IMG/VR virus record: IMGVR_UViG_3300025610_000037
Coordinates: 1-50,073 of that record
Length of the DNA stretch: 50,073 nt
Direction: 5' to 3' (one strand)
Origin: a virus
Taxonomy: Duplodnaviria > Caudoviricetes
Shown: in pieces, positions 28,921-35,742 of the stretch
Layout of the letters: each line of letters opens with the position of its first letter
Numbering within the stretch: position 1 is the stretch's first letter
Translations under genes and position numbers: made by a program
The notes under the pieces: model-generated
Told to the model about the DNA's origin: nothing
Databases searched by the model: none
What the model saw: only the letters and a program-made list of their open reading frames with translations

Positions 28921-28941
28921 CCGGGGCTGGAGACTGAGACG

Positions 28942-29451
28942 ATGGAGCACACTCGATTCACCTTGACCCCCGACAACTTCACCAACCCCGGCGAGGACTT
29001 CACCCGCGCGCACGCCGCCGGCCTTGTCGTGACCGTCGTCAGCGAGCACGACGAGTTCGGCGACTACGCCGACATGGGCGTCGCCGGCGACGTCGAGTTG
29101 TGGGATGCCCGCGACCGGCGCGAGTACCCCGCAGAGGACGGCTGGATCCGCCTGACCGGGCCCTCGCAGTCCTACCCCGTCGCCTACTTCCGCCCGGCCG
29201 ACGACGACATGCCCGCCGACTACGTCCAGTCCCTGATCGACGGCTCCACGGCGATCTGCACCGTCCGCGTCGAGGTGCGCCACCCCTCCATCCCCGGCGT
29301 CCTGGGCGAGGCCTCCGTCGGCTGCTGCGGCGTCGTCGGCTACGGCAGCGACGAGGACGACCTGACCAGCATCGCGGGCGACATGGTGGACGAGGCGATC
29401 CTCGACGCCGAGGACAAGCTCCACGACATCCGCGCCGCGCTCTGCGCCTGA
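28942..29451 (+). CDS. Highly acidic hypothetical early protein
   Basis: Start MEHTRF; D/E-rich. Confidence 0.65.
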   Translation: MEHTRFTLTPDNFTNPGEDFTRAHAAGLVVTVVSEHDEFGDYADMGVAGDVELWDARDRREYPAEDGWIRLTGPSQSYPVAYFRPADDDMPADYVQSLIDGSTAICTVRVEVRHPSIPGVLGEASVGCCGVVGYGSDEDDLTSIAGDMVDEAILDAEDKLHDIRAALCA

Positions 29452-29464
29452 CCCACCGCCCCCT

Positions 29465-29518
29465 TTGCCGGTAGGGCAATACCGGCACCACCGAGGCACG
29501 CGCCCGCCTCATCAACCC
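29465..29518 (+). repeat. Leader element B copy 2
   Basis: See copy 1; stem 2 shows compensatory change. Confidence 0.65.
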
Positions 29519-29539
29519 AGCGGCGCGACGGAGACGAAC

Positions 29540-29890
29540 ATGCGACCCACCACCACCACCGACACCGACACCGTGATCCCGTCCGACGCGGGCTACGGAC
29601 CCTGGCGCGTGCGCCTGGTCCGCGAGGGCGAGGCCGAGCCGCTGGTCGAGTTCTACGACGCCGCCGACCCGGAGAAGTTCGGCCCGCGCGGGCAGTTCGT
29701 CAGCCGCTACTACCTGTCGTCGTTCGTCGGCTCCGACCGCTACTCGCGGGGGCCCCGGTTCGCCGGCATCAACCTCGACGGCGGGGTGCGGGCGTGGACC
29801 CTGACCGCGAAGCAGCACCGCGAAGCCGCCGCCGCCGTCGCCCTGTTGCTCGCGGGCGTGGACCCGACGGACCAGAGCCGGTCGGCCTGA
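29540..29890 (+). CDS. Conserved-looking phage hypothetical protein
   Basis: PLVEFYD...GQFVSRYY...LDGGV..W motif; GGAGAC SD. Confidence 0.7.
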   Translation: MRPTTTTDTDTVIPSDAGYGPWRVRLVREGEAEPLVEFYDAADPEKFGPRGQFVSRYYLSSFVGSDRYSRGPRFAGINLDGGVRAWTLTAKQHREAAAAVALLLAGVDPTDQSRSA

Positions 29891-30008
29891 TGCGCCTCAA
29901 CTCCCCCAGCCCCATCACGACCCTGCTGGTGGGTGCCCGGACGCCGACGACACCGTGACCTGCTCGTTCCACACCGCCCGCGAAACGCGCCTACCTTCGG
30001 AGCCTGCG

Positions 30009-30287
30009 ATGAGTGCCCAGCCCACCTGGGTCGAGCGAAACGAGGACAGCTGGGTCGTCGAGGCCAGCGTCCCCGGCCGACCGACCTTCCGAGTCCACGT
30101 CACCCGCGACGGCGCCGTGCTCTACGTCCACTGGCTGCGGGTCGGCCTGTTCGTCACCGGCCGGCTCGAGGGCGAGTGCGTCAACGTCCGCCACGGCGGC
30201 CGACAGGGCGACGCCTGCACCGAGGACGAGGTGTTTTTGACGGAGCTCCTCGACAACGCACTGCGCCGGGGCTGGTCCGGGCGCTAA
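30009..30287 (+). CDS. Hypothetical early protein
   Basis: GGAG SD before MSAQPTW. Confidence 0.55.
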   Translation: MSAQPTWVERNEDSWVVEASVPGRPTFRVHVTRDGAVLYVHWLRVGLFVTGRLEGECVNVRHGGRQGDACTEDEVFLTELLDNALRRGWSGR

Positions 30288-30294
30288 GAATCTG

Positions 30295-30336
30295 CGTCTT
30301 TCGCTTGCGCCGACGGTCGGCGGCAAGTAAAAGACG
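30295..30336 (+). promoter_or_regulatory. Promoter-like TTGCGC-N17-TAAAAG inside a 42-bp imperfect palindrome
   Basis: CGTCTTT/AAAGACG, CTTGC/GCAAG and GCCGAC/GTCGGC arms. Confidence 0.5.
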
Positions 30337-30372
30337 TACATCAACGGGCCGGGAGGCCCAGGGAGACGCACC

Positions 30373-30657
30373 ATGATCCACCTTCCCGCCAACGAACTGA
30401 CGCTGGACGAGGCCCGCGCCGCCGGCTTTGTCATCGACTACCCTGCCCACCCTCGCGGCGTCGGCTGCCCCATCAGCACCGGCGTGTTCGGTCAGGGCGA
30501 GCCCTACCCGCAGCGGTTCGACCGCGTCTACGTCCACCGGCTGTGCCCCTTCGCTTGCTGGCTGAAGCGTGACGACATCGCCGGCACCGGCACCCCGGCC
30601 TTCAAGGTCGGCCACACCCGCGACGACGCGCGGGCCTTCATCCGCAGCAACAACTAG
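30373..30657 (+). CDS. Hypothetical early protein (94 aa)
   Basis: Leader element C and SD. Confidence 0.65.
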   Translation: MIHLPANELTLDEARAAGFVIDYPAHPRGVGCPISTGVFGQGEPYPQRFDRVYVHRLCPFACWLKRDDIAGTGTPAFKVGHTRDDARAFIRSNN

Positions 30658-30681
30658 GGCCGGGAGGCTTACGGAGACGAC

Positions 30682-31005
30682 ATGGACAACGCACGACCCC
30701 ACCCCCTGACCCTGCTCCGGCCGACGGACTGCACGCCGGCCCTGTTCGCCGCTGCGATGCACCACCTGACCGGCGACAACGCCGGCTGGAACCCCGGCAC
30801 ACTGCAGGGCTTTGTCTACGACGCCGACGGCTTCGACCCCTACTGCGTCGTGCCTTCCGGCTGCCAGTCCCGCTGGTGGGTTGAGCGGGTGGACGCCGAC
30901 TTCGCGGAAGCCCACGACACCCTGGGCGAGGCTCTCGGCGCCATCGAGGCGCACCGGGCCGGCGACCTGGACGACGACCCGGTGACCAGCAAGCCCCGCG
31001 ACTGA
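30682..31005 (+). CDS. Hypothetical early protein, paralog of 31959-32267
   Basis: PL..LRP.DCTP.LF.AA and TLGEAL shared. Confidence 0.7.
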   Translation: MDNARPHPLTLLRPTDCTPALFAAAMHHLTGDNAGWNPGTLQGFVYDADGFDPYCVVPSGCQSRWWVERVDADFAEAHDTLGEALGAIEAHRAGDLDDDPVTSKPRD

Positions 31006-31010
31006 CCCAC

Positions 31011-31082
31011 CCACCCCGGCGACCCGCCCCGTACCCCGCAGGGGGTCGGGGCTTTCGGGGTAGGGGCAACGGAAACCGCCCC
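31011..31082 (+). repeat. Leader element A copy 1
   Basis: 28-nt identity plus further conserved blocks with 31321-31389. Confidence 0.85.
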
Positions 31083-31095
31083 CTACGGAGACGCC

Positions 31096-31314
31096 ATGAG
31101 CAACGACTACCCCTACTTCGCCATCGTGACCTTCGGCCGCCCGAGCGTGGGCAAGCGCAGGTCCTACTACCGCAGCCTGGACAGCGCGCGGCGCGACCTC
31201 GCCACCCTCGTCGGTGGGTCGATGTCGAACGCCCGCATCGTCGGGTGCGACACCCGGGCGCAGGCGCTCTGCGCCGACATCAGCGACAGCCTCCCTGTGG
31301 TTTCTCGTCGGTAG
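31096..31314 (+). CDS. Hypothetical early protein (72 aa) flanked by element A repeats
   Basis: GGAGAC SD. Confidence 0.65.
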   Translation: MSNDYPYFAIVTFGRPSVGKRRSYYRSLDSARRDLATLVGGSMSNARIVGCDTRAQALCADISDSLPVVSRR

Positions 31315-31320
31315 TCCCCG

Positions 31321-31389
31321 CCACCCCGGCGACCCGCCCCGTACCCCGTGAGGGGTCGGGGCTTCACTGGTAGGGGCGACGGACGCCCC
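31321..31389 (+). repeat. Leader element A copy 2
   Basis: 310-nt period relative to copy 1. Confidence 0.85.
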
Positions 31390-31398
31390 GAGGAGACG

Positions 31399-31962
31399 AT
31401 GAACATGGGAACCATCAACCCCAACGCCCCGCTCGACACCGGGGCCCTCTTTGAGGCTCTCTGCCTGGCCGATGTCGACGGCGTGACCTTCGACGACGGC
31501 GAGTACATGCAGCTGGACCTCGACCTCGCCCTGGTCGCCCTTCGCGCCATGACCAAGGAGTGGCTCCGCTGCGGCATGGAGGCCGGCTACTACCGGGGCG
31601 ACATGCTGGCCGCCCTCGACAACCTGCGGTCCTGGGTCGCGCGGCTGCCCGCCGACCGGCCCGACTCCGCCACGACGGGGGGCCGACCGATGAGCACCCC
31701 CGAACACTTCCCCGGCTGGACGACCTGCAAGTTCGGCCCCGACATGCGCCGCCGCACCGGCGTGGTCTTGAGCTACCGGCACACCCCGCCCGTCGACACG
31801 GGCCGGCGCCCGGTCAAGGTCCACGTCAACGTCAACGGCACGGTTTGGCTGTACCGGGCCCTGTCCCAGACCCAGTGGTCCGAGCCGATGCCTTTCCACG
31901 ACCTCGCCGTCGCGATCACGGCGGGCGAGTCCATCGCTGCGGCGGGATGGGCGGCGGCATGA
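31399..31962 (+). CDS. Hypothetical early protein, possibly two fused genes
   Basis: AGGAG SD; internal MSTPEHF after a G6 run. Confidence 0.55.
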   Translation: MNMGTINPNAPLDTGALFEALCLADVDGVTFDDGEYMQLDLDLALVALRAMTKEWLRCGMEAGYYRGDMLAALDNLRSWVARLPADRPDSATTGGRPMSTPEHFPGWTTCKFGPDMRRRTGVVLSYRHTPPVDTGRRPVKVHVNVNGTVWLYRALSQTQWSEPMPFHDLAVAITAGESIAAAGWAAA

Positions 31963-32267
31963 ACCCCCTGCGCAACCTCCGGCCCGTGGACTGCACCCCT
32001 GATTTGTTCCAGGCCGCCTGTGAGTCGCTGGGCTTCGGGCTCGAGGGCGACTTGACGACGACCGCCGTGGACCGGGCGACCATGTACCGGTGGGTCCGCG
32101 CGGGTGCTCGCGGCGTCGGCGTCCGCCCGGCAACCCTGACGGACGAGTTCTGGGTGGTCCTGCTCGACGGGCGCGAGCGGGTCGAGTTCTCGACGCTGGG
32201 CGAGGCCCTCGACCACGCATTGATGCGGGTCGCGGAGCGCACGCGGCGGGGGGTGCGCCGTGCCTGA
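31959..32267 (+). CDS. Hypothetical early protein, paralog of 30682-31005
   Basis: ATGA overlap; shared motifs. Confidence 0.7.
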   Translation: MNPLRNLRPVDCTPDLFQAACESLGFGLEGDLTTTAVDRATMYRWVRAGARGVGVRPATLTDEFWVVLLDGRERVEFSTLGEALDHALMRVAERTRRGVRRA

Positions 32268-32955
32268 CCTCCCCTGGGCCGCCTACGCCCGCGTCTCCAG
32301 CCGCCACCAGGCCGAGTCCGGGCTGGGGCTGGACGACCAGTGCGGCAAGCTCCGAGCGTGGGGCGCACTGCACGGGCACGACCTCGAGCTCTTTGTCGAC
32401 GCCGGCGAGTCGGGCAGCAACCTCGACCGGCCCGAACTGCAGCGGGCCCTCGACGGCGTCCGCTCTGGCCAGTTCGCTGGCCTAGTCGTCGTCAAGCTCG
32501 ACCGGCTGTCCCGCTCTGTGCGGGACCTGCTTGGCCTGATGGACCTGTTCACCGACGACGGCGGCCCCGACTTCGCCAGCGTCACCGAGTCCTTCGACAC
32601 GTCCACGCCGATGGGTCGGTTCGTGCTGACCATCATGGGCGCGATGTCGCAGTTGGAGCGCGAACTCATCAGTGAGCGCACCAAGGCGGCGCTCGCTGTC
32701 AAGCGGAGCCGGGGCGAGTTCACCGGCGGCGGGGTGCCCTACGGCTACCGCAACGTCGACGGCGTGCTCGAGGTCGACATGGCCGAGCGGTTCGTCGCAG
32801 AGGAGGCGGCCCGCCTGTACACGTCGCAGCAGTCCTACCGCAAGGTCGGCGCCAAGCTGCAGGCGTCTGGGCTGCGGCCCCGTACCGGCAGCTGGCACCC
32901 CGAGAAGGCCAAGGCCGCCGTCATCGCCGGCCGCAAGTTCCTGGGAGGAGACTGA
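32260..32955 (+). CDS. Serine recombinase (resolvase/invertase catalytic domain plus short recombinase domain)
   Basis: YARVSS, DAGESG, RPEL, KLDRLSRS, ERELISERT and PYGY motifs. Confidence 0.92.
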   Translation: MPDLPWAAYARVSSRHQAESGLGLDDQCGKLRAWGALHGHDLELFVDAGESGSNLDRPELQRALDGVRSGQFAGLVVVKLDRLSRSVRDLLGLMDLFTDDGGPDFASVTESFDTSTPMGRFVLTIMGAMSQLERELISERTKAALAVKRSRGEFTGGGVPYGYRNVDGVLEVDMAERFVAEEAARLYTSQQSYRKVGAKLQASGLRPRTGSWHPEKAKAAVIAGRKFLGGD

Positions 32956-32956
32956 C

Positions 32957-33367
32957 ATGGACAGCAAGCACCACCACAAGACCCTGCGCCGCTGGCTGCA
33001 CGGCGTGTCCGGCGTCGACATCGCACGCGAGTTGAAGCTGCCCCGGCAGGCTGTGCAGGCATGGCTGCGGCGGAACGTGTCCGACATGGACCGCTGGCGC
33101 AGGCTGCAGCACCAGTTGCCTGGCGCCGGCTGGGCCAAGGACGCCGCCGTGGCTGCCGCTGCTGGCGTGTCGGCTGCCGCTGTCTCCTATCGGCGGCGTC
33201 AGTTGGGCCTGAAGCCCGGCGAGGGGCTGGCCCAGCTGCGGGTCGGTCACGACGCCGTCGAGCTCGACCGGGACACCGGCGACTGGCTCCGCGAGCAGGA
33301 GCGGCCGGCAGAGTTCGTCGTGCAGTTGCTGCGGGCGTACCGGGCGAGTGCGAAGGTGGGGGAGTGA
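32957..33367 (+). CDS. Putative HTH DNA-binding protein
   Basis: SGVDIARELKLPRQAV and DAAVAAAAGVSAAAVSYRRRQLG helices; GGAGGAG SD. Confidence 0.6.
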   Translation: MDSKHHHKTLRRWLHGVSGVDIARELKLPRQAVQAWLRRNVSDMDRWRRLQHQLPGAGWAKDAAVAAAAGVSAAAVSYRRRQLGLKPGEGLAQLRVGHDAVELDRDTGDWLREQERPAEFVVQLLRAYRASAKVGE

Positions 33368-33666
33368 TGCGCTGCTCCGCCCCCAACTGCCGTTGCGAGG
33401 CGCCGTGCGCCGCCTTCATCCGCCGCCGCGAGGAAGCCGCCTACAACCCGGGCTGCGACGGCTGGGAGTGGTGCGACGGCTGCGACGAGTGCGAGCAGAC
33501 GGTGGTCACGGGCCAGTGCGTCGTCACCGCCCGCAAGGCCCGCCCCGCCCAGGGCATCGAGCCCGGCGACCGGGTCAAGGTCACCTCGCTGCGCCTGTTC
33601 AAGGTCGGCGGCCCCACCGTGCGCCGGTGGCGGACGTACCGGCGGATGCACGGGGGTGTGACATGA
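33367..33666 (+). CDS. Cys-rich hypothetical protein
   Basis: TGATG overlap; multiple CxxC. Confidence 0.55.
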   Translation: MRCSAPNCRCEAPCAAFIRRREEAAYNPGCDGWEWCDGCDECEQTVVTGQCVVTARKARPAQGIEPGDRVKVTSLRLFKVGGPTVRRWRTYRRMHGGVT

Positions 33667-33926
33667 CCCACTACTTCATCACCTACGCCTGCAAGTACCA
33701 CCCGGCCCGTGGTCCTGACGGCCGCACTCGCCTGTCCGAGTGCATCACCACGACCCACCCCATCCAGTGGCTCCTCGACTGCCGGGAGAAGTACGGGAAG
33801 AAGAACTGGCTCGAGCGGGGAGCGCCGACAACCGGCCCCGACGCCTCGTGGGAGGAGTACTGGTTGCTGACCTGGCACGAGTTGCCGGCCGACGTTGCTG
33901 CTGAGTTCGACGGGAGGGTCGGATGA
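33663..33926 (+). CDS. Hypothetical protein (87 aa)
   Basis: ATGA overlaps on both sides. Confidence 0.6.
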   Translation: MTHYFITYACKYHPARGPDGRTRLSECITTTHPIQWLLDCREKYGKKNWLERGAPTTGPDASWEEYWLLTWHELPADVAAEFDGRVG

Positions 33927-34354
33927 CCCCTCACAACCGCCAACTCCGCCTGCTCGCCGTCGTCAGCAACATCGCCCTGTCTGCCCGGCTCGCTGGGTGG
34001 CGGACTGCGATGGCTGCCGGGCACACGGTGCGGAAGCCGCCGCCGCTGCATCATGGTGGTGGCGGCCTCGCCAGTGACTGGGGCGAGCCGACCGAGCTCC
34101 CCGTCAAGCAGTACGCCCTCTCCCTGACCGAGCCGGCGGACCGGCACCTGGGGCCACCGAACGGGTGGGTCGACGGCGGGGACGGGCAGATGCACTTCGT
34201 TCTGCCGACCCTCGTCGCCGTCGACCTCGAGGACAAGGTGGCCCACACCCCGCACGCCAGCGGCGCCCTGGACTCCGAGAACCTGGCGCTGTGCGTCGCG
34301 TTCTCCGGCATCGACGGGCTGCTCGAGGCGCTCAAGGAAGAGGGGGTGATGTGA
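33923..34354 (+). CDS. Hypothetical protein (143 aa)
   Basis: SD and overlaps. Confidence 0.55.
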   Translation: MTPHNRQLRLLAVVSNIALSARLAGWRTAMAAGHTVRKPPPLHHGGGGLASDWGEPTELPVKQYALSLTEPADRHLGPPNGWVDGGDGQMHFVLPTLVAVDLEDKVAHTPHASGALDSENLALCVAFSGIDGLLEALKEEGVM

Positions 34355-34686
34355 TGTCGGACGACCTCAAGGACTTCGCTGAGTTCGCAGCAAAGCACCT
34401 CCGGGTGGAGTCGGCGGACGGCTCCCTGCGTGGGCGGTTCCTGTCGCCCGAGTTGACGCAGGCACTGACGAACGGCGACCGGGTGGTCGTGGTCGGCGTG
34501 CCGCACCACGGCTCGACCGTCAGCCACCAGCACGCGACTCGACTCGCCCGAGCCTTCGGCCTGCACGAGCAGCCCGAGGAGTTCTCGCCCGACGAGGTGG
34601 CCGACCTGTGCGAGCGGACCCTGGGGAACCTGCCCTCCCACCGCATGCTGCACTTCGCGAGGAAGCGCGACGAGGACACCCCCTGA
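34354..34686 (+). CDS. Hypothetical protein (110 aa)
   Basis: TGATG overlap, MSDDLKDF start. Confidence 0.55.
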   Translation: MSDDLKDFAEFAAKHLRVESADGSLRGRFLSPELTQALTNGDRVVVVGVPHHGSTVSHQHATRLARAFGLHEQPEEFSPDEVADLCERTLGNLPSHRMLHFARKRDEDTP

Positions 34687-34714
34687 GCCGCGTGGATGCG
34701 GCGTGGAGATGATG

Positions 34715-35002
34715 ATGAAGGCGAACCGAAACACCGGACGGTGGAGCGAGGGCGAGCCCGCCGCACCAACGCTGCTGCGCCTTTGGCTCAAGCGCCACGA
34801 GCGGACGGGGGCCTCTCTGGCTGACGCGCTCGGGGTCACCCCTGGCGCCGTTTCGATGTACCTGTCCGGCCAACGCCGGCCTGACCCCGTGCGGATCATC
34901 GCCATCAGGAACGCCACCGGCATCACGCCGGACGCATGGCTCTCCGGCGGCGAACTGGACGAGTGCAACGCCATCACACAGCGAGTGCTTCACGGCGAGT
35001 GA
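34715..35002 (+). CDS. Cro/CI-type HTH regulator
   Basis: GASLADALGVTPGAVSMYLSGQRRPDP. Confidence 0.8.
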   Translation: MKANRNTGRWSEGEPAAPTLLRLWLKRHERTGASLADALGVTPGAVSMYLSGQRRPDPVRIIAIRNATGITPDAWLSGGELDECNAITQRVLHGE

Positions 35003-35017
35003 TGGGCCGTGTAGCCT
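34989..35017 (+). promoter_or_regulatory. Candidate sigma70 promoter TTCACG-N17-TAGCCT for the putative ncRNA
   Basis: Correct spacing; the first stem starts ~12 nt downstream. Confidence 0.4.
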
Positions 35018-35023
35018 CCCCCC

Positions 35024-35725
35024 AAGCACCGACGCCGCCCCGGGCAGCAACCCAATGGGACGGCGTCGAAACAAGCGAAGCGCCCCGACCGTACCCGGCC
35101 GACGGCGCTTCGACAAGAACCTGTCGGCGTGTGGCCCGCTCTTGAGGGTGAACCATCCGGCAGGAACCGGCCCGAGAGGCGGGTCAGCCAGTGCTGGGCG
35201 CCCGCCGAATCTTGAGCCGCTGCGAGGCGCAGTCGAAGCGCGGACCCAAGGACGGGACCGACTCCGGCTGATTGGCACTGGCGAGTGTCGAGGGTCCCCC
35301 GCAAGGGAGCCGAGCAGCGGAAGCGCCGTCCTCAACCCTGATTGGACCAGGGGAAGAGAGGCAGGCGGGTCGGTTGGCGCACGGAGCCCCGCGTAGGGGG
35401 TCCAAGGAACGATGCTGCTCGACGTTCGACGCGCCCGACTCAGCCGCCGCCTGAGGGTCGAGCCCTCCTCAGTGCCCAGCGAGCCGCCCACACCCCCACA
35501 AATCGCTCTCGCGGCGGCTCAGGCCCCCTCTCGCGGACGTCTAACCCCACAACCAGCAGCGCCCAGCCGAAGCCGGGCGCTGTGGGGATTTGCGGTGGGA
35601 ACCGCTTTGGAGACGACGGGCGCCGCGAAAGGGCGCGACCGACGAGGGCGTCATCCTGCACGCGGCGGGCGTGAGCGTCAACCCTCGCCCACCCGCCAGT
35701 CCGGTGGAGGGCACTCGCCTCAGAT
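35024..35725 (+). ncRNA. Candidate large structured non-coding RNA (~700 nt)
   Basis: No credible ORF; many local and long-range stems; GNRA loops on the plus strand. Confidence 0.6.
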
Positions 35726-35742
35726 GGCCGCGTTGATGTCGG

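Noticed and set aside
28035-31389. Early-region repeats as a CRISPR array or integron attC sites
   Set aside because: Few copies, gene-sized spacing, no cas genes or integron integrase, no attC core consensus
30181-32379. 732 aa minus-strand ORF
   Set aside because: Antisense to well-supported early genes and repeats
35024-35725. Group I/II intron or protein-coding reading of the gap
   Set aside because: No interrupted gene, no recognisable domain V or group I core, and the ORFs are R/P/G-rich without coupling. A covariance search is still needed to exclude these formally.
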